This document shows, in pieces, positions 1 through 7,577 of a stretch of 64,000 nucleotides of DNA. The notes beneath the pieces were generated by a model, which was not told the DNA's origin, did not search any database, and was given only the letters and a program-made list of their open reading frames with translations. The stretch spans positions 1 through 64,000 of IMG/VR virus record IMGVR_UViG_3300021399_000002, one strand, 5' to 3'. Position 1 is the first letter of the stretch. Each line of letters begins with the position of its first letter. The stretch comes from a virus. Taxonomy: Duplodnaviria; Caudoviricetes. A program made the translations under genes and the position numbers.

Positions 1-1
1 T

Positions 2-139
2 GCTCCCGTGAGCGCACAGGAGATTGCGGACGAGACCGGGATTGCCCGTGGTAAGATTGTGTATGGTCTGACTAACTACTGGAAATCCGAAGTTGTTCGG
101 GATGATTCCGGTAAGACCGCCATCTACTCCCTCAAGTAA
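2..139 (+). CDS. Partial winged-helix-like protein (5' end outside window), paralog of 4123..4452
   Basis: Frame reads APVSAQEIADETGIARGKIVYGLTNYW..YSLK*, similar to PVTVADLF..KVQYALNNLW..TYRRA; terminator follows. Confidence 0.65.
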   Translation, partial: APVSAQEIADETGIARGKIVYGLTNYWKSEVVRDDSGKTAIYSLK

Positions 140-158
140 TCTTCCTTTCCTTTCCCCT

Positions 159-183
159 AACCGCCGTAAGGCGGTTTTCTTTT
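159..183 (+). terminator. Rho-independent terminator
   Basis: AACCGCC-GTAA-GGCGGTT followed by T-tract. Confidence 0.8.
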
Positions 184-191
184 ACTCAAAG

Positions 192-210
192 TTAGGTGTT
201 CAACACCTAA
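192..210. repeat. 19-bp palindrome copy 1
   Basis: TTAGGTGTTCAACACCTAA. Confidence 0.95.
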
Positions 211-231
211 AATTGTATCCAAAATACATTG

Positions 232-260
232 TTGACAAATATCAAATTTTATGATATAAT
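232..260 (+). promoter_or_regulatory. sigmaA/sigma70-type promoter with extended -10
   Basis: TTGACA-N17-TATAAT with TG at the extended position. Confidence 0.8.
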
Positions 261-309
261 TTTTCCAGAACAGGAGAAGGATACTCCCCAAACCAGAAAG
301 GATATGCGT

Positions 310-651
310 ATGGCAAGTAAGGCAAGTTTGGAAAATGCGCTTCGTACTGAAATTTTGGAAGTAATCACAGAAGCACTGTCTGAGCATTTTGATGTGGATA
401 TTATTACTGTTGGCAGCGGTGAAATTTCTTTGCCGATCACCGATGCCGAAGGAAATGAAAAGTATCCCAAGATTAAGGTTTCCATTCCTCGTGGTACTCG
501 CAACGGCGAAGGCGGCTATACTCCTTATGACGGATATAATGCCGCCGAAGAGTATAAACTTGAACAGGAAAGCAAGGCCCAGGAGCGTGCTGTTCGTAAG
601 GCTATGAGAGAAGCGGAAAAAGGAAAGAAGAAAGATGATTCCGAAGAGTAA
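310..651 (+). CDS. Hypothetical early protein with charged C-terminal tail; distant paralog of 1573..1917
   Basis: RBS GAAAGGA upstream; ITDAEGNEKY vs ITDLNGVQRY; the ORF-track start at 229 overlaps the promoter. Confidence 0.75.
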   Translation: MASKASLENALRTEILEVITEALSEHFDVDIITVGSGEISLPITDAEGNEKYPKIKVSIPRGTRNGEGGYTPYDGYNAAEEYKLEQESKAQERAVRKAMREAEKGKKKDDSEE

Positions 652-847
652 AGTATTCTATCATAAAGGACAGGCAAGAGAGTGCCGGGCGCTCTCTTGC
701 TATACCCTAAAACTTGAACTTCACGATGGAACCATTGTTGATGGCTATTACTATTGTGGACAATTCTATTCAGGCTTTGAAAAAATAACTGATAAAGTAA
801 ATCGGTGGATGATTCTACAAGAAGGAGAAAGCGTTAGACTTAACTAA
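635..847 (+). CDS. Hypothetical protein
   Basis: ORF overlapping the end of the upstream gene; ends TAA. Confidence 0.6.
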   Translation: MIPKSKVFYHKGQARECRALSCYTLKLELHDGTIVDGYYYCGQFYSGFEKITDKVNRWMILQEGESVRLN

Positions 848-859
848 CGCTTTAATAAC

Positions 860-878
860 TTAGGTGTTTAACACCTAA
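860..878. repeat. 19-bp palindrome copy 2
   Basis: TTAGGTGTTTAACACCTAA, then promoter TTGCTT..TGATATAAT. Confidence 0.95.
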
Positions 879-988
879 ATGTACCTCTTGCTTTTTTCCC
901 TCATTGTGATATAATACAATTGTTCCAAGGGAACGAAAGAAAATAACGAGAAGGACACTCGATAAAACCAGAAAGGAATTTTACGACT

Positions 989-1459
989 ATGAAGACTGTT
1001 CTGAATCTGACTGCTGATGAAGGTATGGAAATCGTTAAAGCTCTCCGCAATGTGGCTGTTGAAAACGGTTGGCATGAGGATGAACTGGAAGACTGCGGCG
1101 TTCTGATGGAGTACGGTGCCGCTATCGATGCCGCTCTGGCGGCTATGGGAATCTCTATCAACTTCGATGCCGATGAAGTTGAAGAAATGGTTTCCTCCGA
1201 TGAGTACGATGAGGACGAGGATGAGGATGAGGAAATTTCCCTTGAGGAAAAGTATCCCTCTCTGGCCGCTCTGGTTTATGACCTGCCGGATGGCCGCCGG
1301 GCTATTAAGGAAAGCGATGCCGATGAGTTTATCACTGAGTTGACCGAGCTTTTTGAGGATTGCGGTTTTGATGAAGAGGTAATAAAGTATATGCTCACGA
1401 TGGCTTGGACTACCTTCTGTAATGACTTCGGTATTGATGTGGTGGAGATGGACGAGTAA
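989..1459 (+). CDS. Highly acidic hypothetical protein
   Basis: RBS GAAAGGA; very D/E-rich. Confidence 0.8.
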   Translation: MKTVLNLTADEGMEIVKALRNVAVENGWHEDELEDCGVLMEYGAAIDAALAAMGISINFDADEVEEMVSSDEYDEDEDEDEEISLEEKYPSLAALVYDLPDGRRAIKESDADEFITELTELFEDCGFDEEVIKYMLTMAWTTFCNDFGIDVVEMDE

Positions 1460-1483
1460 TCGTCCATTTCCCCTTTCCTCCAA

Positions 1484-1502
1484 TTAGGTGTTTAACACCT
1501 AA
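1484..1502. repeat. 19-bp palindrome copy 3
   Basis: TTAGGTGTTTAACACCTAA, then TTGACT..TGATATAAT. Confidence 0.95.
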
Positions 1503-1572
1503 AATATTATCTTGACTTTTACTTTAGATATGATATAATGTGTATGAACCGAGAGAGAAAGGATGATGAAGA

Positions 1573-1917
1573 ATGGCGAAGATTACGAAGAATATTGTTG
1601 ACAAGGATTTGCGTGAGAATATCTTTAACGATATGTTCCGGAATGATTGTGATGGGTATGATTATGTAAAAATCAATGACCGTCAGTATGGTGTTCTCAT
1701 TACTGATTTGAATGGTGTTCAGCGTTATTGTCGTATTGGTGTTATCGTTGCCGAAGAGCGTGATGATATGACCGCCGAAGAACTGATGCGGTCTGAAATC
1801 AAGGCTTATCAGGCAAAGCAGGATGCTAAAACAGAAAAAGAAAAAGCCAAAGCGAAAAAGATTGCCAAGGATAAAGAGAAGCGTGAAAAGGAAAGGGCAA
1901 AGAAAGAAAATGAGTAA
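1573..1917 (+). CDS. Hypothetical protein with Lys/Glu-rich tail
   Basis: ORF downstream of promoter and RBS. Confidence 0.8.
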   Translation: MAKITKNIVDKDLRENIFNDMFRNDCDGYDYVKINDRQYGVLITDLNGVQRYCRIGVIVAEERDDMTAEELMRSEIKAYQAKQDAKTEKEKAKAKKIAKDKEKREKERAKKENE

Positions 1918-2083
1918 ATTTTGGATTGACTTTCAGGGCTATTGCTGTGTCGATGCTAATAGCAAAGAAGAAGCAGAAGAAATTTTCTGGGACAATATTA
2001 CCCCTCCAGTTAATCCTTTATATGATATCAATTATCAGGTTGATACTGTCGAAGAGGAGAAAAAGGGAAATGCTATTCAGTGA
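1910..2083 (+). CDS. Small hypothetical protein (MSKFWIDFQGYCCVDA..)
   Basis: ATG overlaps the upstream gene end. Confidence 0.6.
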   Translation: MSKFWIDFQGYCCVDANSKEEAEEIFWDNITPPVNPLYDINYQVDTVEEEKKGNAIQ

Positions 2084-2261
2084 AGAAAAATGTCCGAATT
2101 GTGGTAGCAGTGATTATGAAGTTGATATTTTCTGGGATGATTTTGATGAAGATGGCGGTAGAAGGGTATGGGAATGTGTTTGTTCATCTTGCTATACAAG
2201 ATTCAATATTATGTATGAATATAAATGTATCGGAACAACAGTTGAGGTTAGCGAAAGCTAA
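2070..2261 (+). CDS. Zn-ribbon small protein
   Basis: CPNC...CSSC motifs. Confidence 0.65.
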   Translation: MLFSEEKCPNCGSSDYEVDIFWDDFDEDGGRRVWECVCSSCYTRFNIMYEYKCIGTTVEVSES

Positions 2262-2277
2262 CTTCATTTTATTTTAA

Positions 2278-2296
2278 TTAGGTGTTTAACACCTAA
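2278..2296. repeat. 19-bp palindrome copy 4
   Basis: TTAGGTGTTTAACACCTAA. Confidence 0.95.
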
Positions 2297-2372
2297 ACTA
2301 CCCTCTTGCGATATCCTAATATTTATGGTATATTATGATTGTTCCAAGAGGAACGGAAAGGATGGATTGGAA

Positions 2373-2612
2373 ATGAAAATTTACTCCATTGAATGTATTA
2401 GTGGCGCAACAAAGGGGCCTTGCGGAATTTTTTCTACAATGAATCTTGCTCTCAGTATGATTATTTGTCGTAATAGTTTTCGTACTGATATGCCTTCCAT
2501 TTCAACGAATAATGATGAAGCATCAGTTATTTATGAGGGCAATGATGATTATAATTATGCAGAATATCACATTACAGAGCATGTTCTTGACAAATGGATA
2601 GGAGAAGTTTAA
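2373..2612 (+). CDS. Hypothetical protein
   Basis: ATG downstream of the promoter (MKIYSIEC..). Confidence 0.6.
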   Translation: MKIYSIECISGATKGPCGIFSTMNLALSMIICRNSFRTDMPSISTNNDEASVIYEGNDDYNYAEYHITEHVLDKWIGEV

Positions 2613-2816
2613 ATGAGTAATTATCTTAAAAGTTTTCAGTACACGAATAGTTTGGGCTATCAGAAAGAATTGGTCGTATATGAAAAAGTTGATGGAAAAT
2701 ATCCCGTCACGCTTTGGAGTTTGGATACTGGAGATTTCTGCGGCAACGGTAATATGACTACTCAGGAACTGAATGATTATTTAAAGCACTTCGGCATTGA
2801 AGAAAGGGTAGAATAA
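2613..2816 (+). CDS. Hypothetical protein
   Basis: RBS AGGAG; abuts the upstream stop. Confidence 0.7.
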   Translation: MSNYLKSFQYTNSLGYQKELVVYEKVDGKYPVTLWSLDTGDFCGNGNMTTQELNDYLKHFGIEERVE

Positions 2817-2817
2817 A

Positions 2818-3036
2818 ATGTATAAGATTGGACAAAAGGTTCAAATACTTGATACAATTATACCCACAATAGGATATATTATAAAAATGGAAATTGACCC
2901 TCTTGAAGAAATAGAAGTTGCTTCCGAATCTAAGGAATGGATTATATATACTATCAGAGTATATAAGCCCTTTTATATGAATGGCTATACTGACTATTCC
3001 CGTACAGAAAGAGAGATTAAAAAGACGGACGATTAA
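2818..3036 (+). CDS. Hypothetical protein
   Basis: Operon-like spacing; MYKIGQKV start typical of small SH3-like phage proteins. Confidence 0.6.
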   Translation: MYKIGQKVQILDTIIPTIGYIIKMEIDPLEEIEVASESKEWIIYTIRVYKPFYMNGYTDYSRTEREIKKTDD

Positions 3037-3477
3037 AAACTACCCTTGAAAGAAAAAGTAAGACTTCGTTAATAGAAGGTGGATGAAGTTAGAATGAGAA
3101 TCCATGAAATGACAATTTCAATGGTCGCAGACAATGGCCTAATGCCAGCTACCATCATACATAATTCTCCGAAACGGATTGTAAGTGGTATAAGGATGCG
3201 ACTGGGTTGGTTCTTCATACGGATTGGCGCCGGAATACTGTATGGAAAAGAATGGAAATATCTATCTGATTCATAACTTTTCTGATAATATTGAGAAAGT
3301 AGAGAAGAATAAAAATGCGTACACCACAGCAGAGAAAAGAACGAGCCGAACTGGTTAAGGAACTTAGTGATATTATTACTAACTGCGACAATGATACTGA
3401 TTTCTTTATTCGTCTTATCTGGGCGAATGAATGGATTAGTAATCAACTATTGAGATTTGAAAGCGAGGGACAGGAAA

Positions 3478-3735
3478 ATGCAGACGATTAAAAATTGGTT
3501 TGGTATTGAAACAGCTTACCGCTTTGAATGGAATGATGTTCGTTGCGGAATTACTATTCTTAATGTGGTTCTGATTATGCTCTTTGGCTTACAGGTTTCA
3601 TGGTTCGGCCTTGCAGTTGCGCTTTTCGGTGTATTCAAAGACCTTTCTCAGCATCGGCATATCAATGATGTTCTGATGCATTGTTCAAGTGTAGTTCTCA
3701 ATCTTTATTTCCTTTCCCTTCTCTATGGCGGTTAA
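3478..3735 (+). CDS. Membrane protein
   Basis: Hydrophobic segments; terminator-like hairpin follows. Confidence 0.7.
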   Translation: MQTIKNWFGIETAYRFEWNDVRCGITILNVVLIMLFGLQVSWFGLAVALFGVFKDLSQHRHINDVLMHCSSVVLNLYFLSLLYGG

Positions 3736-3750
3736 GCCGCCGCTTCATAC

Positions 3751-3769
3751 TTAGGTGTTTAACACTTAA
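3751..3769. repeat. 19-bp palindrome copy 5 (1 mismatch)
   Basis: TTAGGTGTTTAACACTTAA. Confidence 0.9.
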
Positions 3770-3909
3770 ATCAAACAATTGACTTTCTCTAAATTTGTGA
3801 TATACTATAATTGTTCCAAGGGGAACGAGAGGCACTCAGAAACAACCATGTGGAAACAGAAAACTCCTCAAACCTCTTGACAACAAGCAAATCCTGTGCT
3901 ATAATAAGG

Positions 3910-4020
3910 ATGTTCCCAGTAAGGGATGGACCTTCGGAGGTGAGAACTGACGGGTCGCCGTGAAATCTCCTGTAATCCCAAGGAGAGGAAGCGGACGGGT
4001 TTCCTCAACTTTCCCCGCTA
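3910..4020 (+). ncRNA. Candidate small structured RNA
   Basis: GC-rich stretch with no ORF, downstream of its own TTGACA..TGCTATAAT promoter and ending before the next promoter. Confidence 0.35.
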
Positions 4021-4122
4021 AGAAAAAAGTTGAGAAAAACACTTGACATCTTCCACGAAATGTGGTAAGATATATACGAAAACAGGGGAAGGAAAACCCC
4101 ACAAACCAGAAAGGTATTTATT

Positions 4123-4452
4123 ATGAAGAAAGCTACTCTGGAAGCCATTCGTACTACCATGCTCAACCTTGGTGTAGATGAAACCAATCCCCTGATTGTC
4201 GAACTGGATACCGAACTGAACAAGGGTGCCGCCGAGAAGGCCGCTCGTGCCGCTGAGTACGAAGCCATTCACGATCTGGTCGTGGATAACCTTACGGATA
4301 CTCCCGTGACGGTGGCCGACCTCTTTGCCGAGATTGAGGAAGAACTGCCCGAGGGCATGAATCGCCATAAGGTTCAGTACGCTCTGAACAATCTGTGGCA
4401 GGAAGAAATCGTCAAGATTGCCGGAAAGCCCAACACTTATCGTAGGGCGTAA
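4123..4452 (+). CDS. Putative winged-helix DNA-binding protein
   Basis: Promoter and RBS; C-terminal wHTH-like pattern. Confidence 0.75.
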   Translation: MKKATLEAIRTTMLNLGVDETNPLIVELDTELNKGAAEKAARAAEYEAIHDLVVDNLTDTPVTVADLFAEIEEELPEGMNRHKVQYALNNLWQEEIVKIAGKPNTYRRA

Positions 4453-4476
4453 GTATCCTTAAAAACCCTTTTACTA

Positions 4477-4758
4477 AACCGAGTGTCTGTGGGAGACCTA
4501 CACAGTCCCAGTCGAAACGCACAAAGGCTCGTGCCGAGTGTAGCGGTAGACAGTATATGTGGAGCTAAGGCGTAGAAGCATAACTGTGCAGAAGCGAGTC
4601 GCCGGGTTTACATACCTGCGGTTTACCGGTATTCATTGCGGTCTAAATTGGATGTGTCTCGACCCGAAAAACATGGAACATCCTCCGAGCCGTAGGAAGA
4701 ATTCGGTTATAGTCCGAGATGAAGCCGCCAGCGTGCCGATTTAAATCTCGGGCTTTTT
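4477..4758 (+). ncRNA. Candidate structured ncRNA (~230-280 nt)
   Basis: Closing stem AACCGAGT/ATTCGGTT, several internal helices, then CCGAGAT/ATCTCGG plus T-tract. Confidence 0.5.
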
Positions 4759-4771
4759 TATTATAATATAT

Positions 4772-4790
4772 TTAGGTGTTTAACACCTAA
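4772..4790. repeat. 19-bp palindrome copy 6 (between convergent units)
   Basis: TTAGGTGTTTAACACCTAA. Confidence 0.95.
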
Positions 4791-4806
4791 TAAAAAGTCC
4801 TGCGGA

Positions 4807-5133
4807 TTATATCCGCAGGATTCTTTTTATACTATCACAGAAGGTATCCCACCAAGTCTTTTCATACCGATAGAATGTGTCTACATAGATACGATAGATA
4901 GGATATTTTATTTCTGGATTATTCGGGTCAGGCTTCAAAAGCCAAAGTTCATCTTCCCATTTATCTCCCGGGCCTACCCAATTAGTAGAAAGCCATTTTG
5001 TTTTTCCCAATTCATGTACCGAATCAAGAATATTTTCATCCGTCAGATTCCCGTCATACTCTACCCCACCATAAACAATTTCAGACCCACCAAGTTTAGA
5101 ATACACAAGACGTTTAACTTTAATTATTTTCAT
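4807..5133 (-). CDS. Hypothetical protein
   Basis: ORF coupled to 5130..5495. Confidence 0.75.
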   Translation of the reverse strand: MKIIKVKRLVYSKLGGSEIVYGGVEYDGNLTDENILDSVHELGKTKWLSTNWVGPGDKWEDELWLLKPDPNNPEIKYPIYRIYVDTFYRYEKTWWDTFCDSIKRILRI

Positions 5134-5495
5134 TTTCCCAACACCTGCCTATATGCTATCTCCCAAGCCATATGCAATGCATCATGACTCGTCAACTGCT
5201 GAGTTTTCCCTGTATAGTGTCTCAGAAGAGTATTATTTATTTGCTTATATTGCCTTAAATCATCATCATATGCGGCAACAAGATTCAGAATATGTTTCTG
5301 ATAGGTTTCAATCTCTTGAAGTTCTATATTCTTATCTGGCCCATCAGGAAGCATTTCTGCACTTCCTTTACACAGAATAATCTTGCGGCAACAAGCTATC
5401 ATTGTTTGCCTATGCTCATATAGATTATCTAATAGTCCTTTCATATGAATATCTTCACTGCTCCAAGTATCAGACTCTTTTTTCCTTCCAAACAT
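5130..5495 (-). CDS. Hypothetical protein
   Basis: RBS AAAGGAG and minus-strand promoter TTGACT..TGATATAAT at ~5525-5553. Confidence 0.8.
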   Translation of the reverse strand: MFGRKKESDTWSSEDIHMKGLLDNLYEHRQTMIACCRKIILCKGSAEMLPDGPDKNIELQEIETYQKHILNLVAAYDDDLRQYKQINNTLLRHYTGKTQQLTSHDALHMAWEIAYRQVLGK

Positions 5496-5561
5496 ATCTT
5501 CATCTCCTTTCCGATTACATACATATTATATCAAATCTAAATAAATAGTCAATAGATTTAT

Positions 5562-5580
5562 TTAGGTGTTCAACACCTAA
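5562..5580. repeat. 19-bp palindrome copy 7
   Basis: TTAGGTGTTCAACACCTAA. Confidence 0.95.
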
Positions 5581-5722
5581 TTTAATAGGCTTTCGCCTAT
5601 TCTAACATGGAATCATTCTTTTATCAATTTTTCGGCCGCTTCATAGCACATACCCAAATAGAAAGCGCAACCATTTCTACAAGATATATCCAATACATTT
5701 AATTCTCCTTTGTTTAACAATA

Positions 5723-6139
5723 TTAAACCTCTCTGCTATAAAAGCACCAATTGCCAGCAAACTTATATTCTAATTTAAATCCCTCAGATTCTAATATATG
5801 TCTCATCGTATAGTTATCTTCCCATGGAGTCGCGCCAATTTTACAATCCCGCATAAGATTCACAAGTTCATGAATAATAAATCGGGCAATCCCTTTTCCG
5901 TAATTCTTTTTATTTAATATACATAAACGCTTAATCGCAATATAATCCCACGCATCTTCTTCCACTAATGAAAATGTAGCCAAAATTTTGTCGCCTTCGT
6001 ACACGCAATATAAACGACATATTAAATAATCATTCCGTGCTTGATTGGCAGTACAAAAAGAAATATCTTTATAGTGTAGAGCTTTACAAATCTTCGCACA
6101 ATCTTCTTTCGTTGCTACTCTAATCCTCATCTCTCTCAC
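5723..6139 (-). CDS. GNAT-family N-acetyltransferase
   Basis: MRIRVATKED start; NYGKGIA acetyl-CoA loop; N..MRHILESEGF C-terminal motif. Confidence 0.8.
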   Translation of the reverse strand: MREMRIRVATKEDCAKICKALHYKDISFCTANQARNDYLICRLYCVYEGDKILATFSLVEEDAWDYIAIKRLCILNKKNYGKGIARFIIHELVNLMRDCKIGATPWEDNYTMRHILESEGFKLEYKFAGNWCFYSREV

Positions 6140-6186
6140 CTCGGATAGAGTATATCATATTTTATACTAAAAGACAACTACCATAT

Positions 6187-6205
6187 TTAAGTGTTTAACA
6201 CCTAA
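6187..6205. repeat. 19-bp palindrome copy 8 (1 mismatch)
   Basis: TTAAGTGTTTAACACCTAA. Confidence 0.9.
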
Positions 6206-6209
6206 ATCA

Positions 6210-7100
6210 ACCACTTGACAAATTCCCTAAAATGTGCTTATCCCCTTGTATACAGTATACAGTATCCAGTATTTTTATGGCGCCCTTTCTGGCGCAAGCA
6301 TCTCGTAGCTGTCAAGTACTTGACAAGCCGCCGCATCAAGCTGCGCGAGCTGCGCCTATAAGCTGGACGCGCTATAAGCTGGAAAGCTGGAAAATTCCGC
6401 GGCAAATATTTGACATAAGCTGGAAAGCTGGACCGGAGAAGCTGCTGTCAAGTATGTATACTGTATACATATTTAAGCTGAAAAAAGCTGGAATTTAAAA
6501 ATTGTTTGGGACTTCCATACAGATAGGCGCTTCACTTATTCAGCGCGCACGAAAAATTCTATTGCGGAAAGCTGCATTATTCCCGATGCTATCGAGAGCT
6601 CAGAAGCTGAACGCAATATGATTTTTCGTAAATGCCATTTTGAAAGGGCATTCGCCCGCAAAATACGCACCCTTTTCAGGCGCATTTGATATTTTCTATT
6701 TTAGCTGGAAAAAGGGTACTACTTTCGCCGCGAAAATTTTCTCAGTAGAAGAAAAATTTTTAGCTTACTACTACTTTAATATTATATACATATATATGTA
6801 AGAAGGTGGGAGGGAAAATATATAAATATAAATAGTCAATAAATAATATCATTTATGTCTGTTTAGGGGGATCGCACGAAAAAATCTATTGCGCAAGGCC
6901 ATGAGTATAAGTTAAAATAAGCTGCGTATTCTAATGGATAGAGAAGTAAAAATTTATTGTCAGAAAATGTTGTCAAGTATTTGACAAAGTATTTTTTCTT
7001 ATGGTATAATAAAGAAAAAAATAAATATTTAAAATAATTTTATTTTTTAATTAATTTTTTGTTTGAAAAAAGTAAAAAATTGTGGCACATCCACCCAATT
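6210..7100. repeat. Repeat-rich non-coding region (origin/terminus candidate)
   Basis: About a dozen same-strand AAGCTG(G) copies; 15-bp IR 6247-6261/6455-6469; palindrome TGTCAAGTACTTGACA 6310-6325; AT tracts. Confidence 0.6.
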
Positions 7101-7267
7101 TCCCGCTTCATCAACCTCTATACCGATTGCTATCGAGAAGTACCAATATACACCTTCACATCGGAACCCCATTGCCCTATAATCAATTTATTTTCCCGCT
7201 TTCTTGCTTATTTATTGTAAGAGTAGTGAACCCCGACTTTACTATTAATTTTTGTAGGAGTTAAAAA

Positions 7268-7501
7268 ATGGCATTTATTATAAAAGAGTTTGATAAGTAT
7301 AGTAGGTGGGATAGAGAACATGCCACTTATACTTTTAGTATTAATGATAATATGTATGCGGTTATGAAGGTTAGAATGGAGTGGGGATTGCCGCAGGTGC
7401 CTATGCAAGTAGAATATGATGAGGATTTGGGGATATATTAGGTGTATGAGACGGAGGAGTAGGCAATGGAGTTTGTGCGTTTAGTACATTCGTTAAATTG
7501 A
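7268..7501 (+). CDS. Hypothetical protein (2 in-frame TAG)
   Basis: RBS AGGAG; open to TGA if TAG is read as sense. Confidence 0.7.
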
Positions 7502-7577
7502 CGGCGCGAACCATACATAATATGGGAGTACGCGCCTATTTTTTATGGCATCCTATACTATATTTAGAGGTGAGAAT

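Noticed and set aside
875-1483. Minus-strand ORF-track entries (e.g. 875..1483, 8291..8608, 38427..39011, 43089..43511) and ORFs over tRNAs
   Set aside because: They are shadows of better-supported plus-strand genes or RNA genes, without RBS or motifs.
192-6205. 19-bp repeats as a CRISPR array or integron attC sites
   Set aside because: Spacing is 600-1500 bp with whole genes between copies; no cas or integrase gene is seen; the GTTRRRY core occurs only in copy 1 and there are no attC-type extrahelical bases.
6232-6498. 88-aa ORF in the repeat region
   Set aside because: Its sequence is dictated by AAGCTG repeats and it has no RBS.
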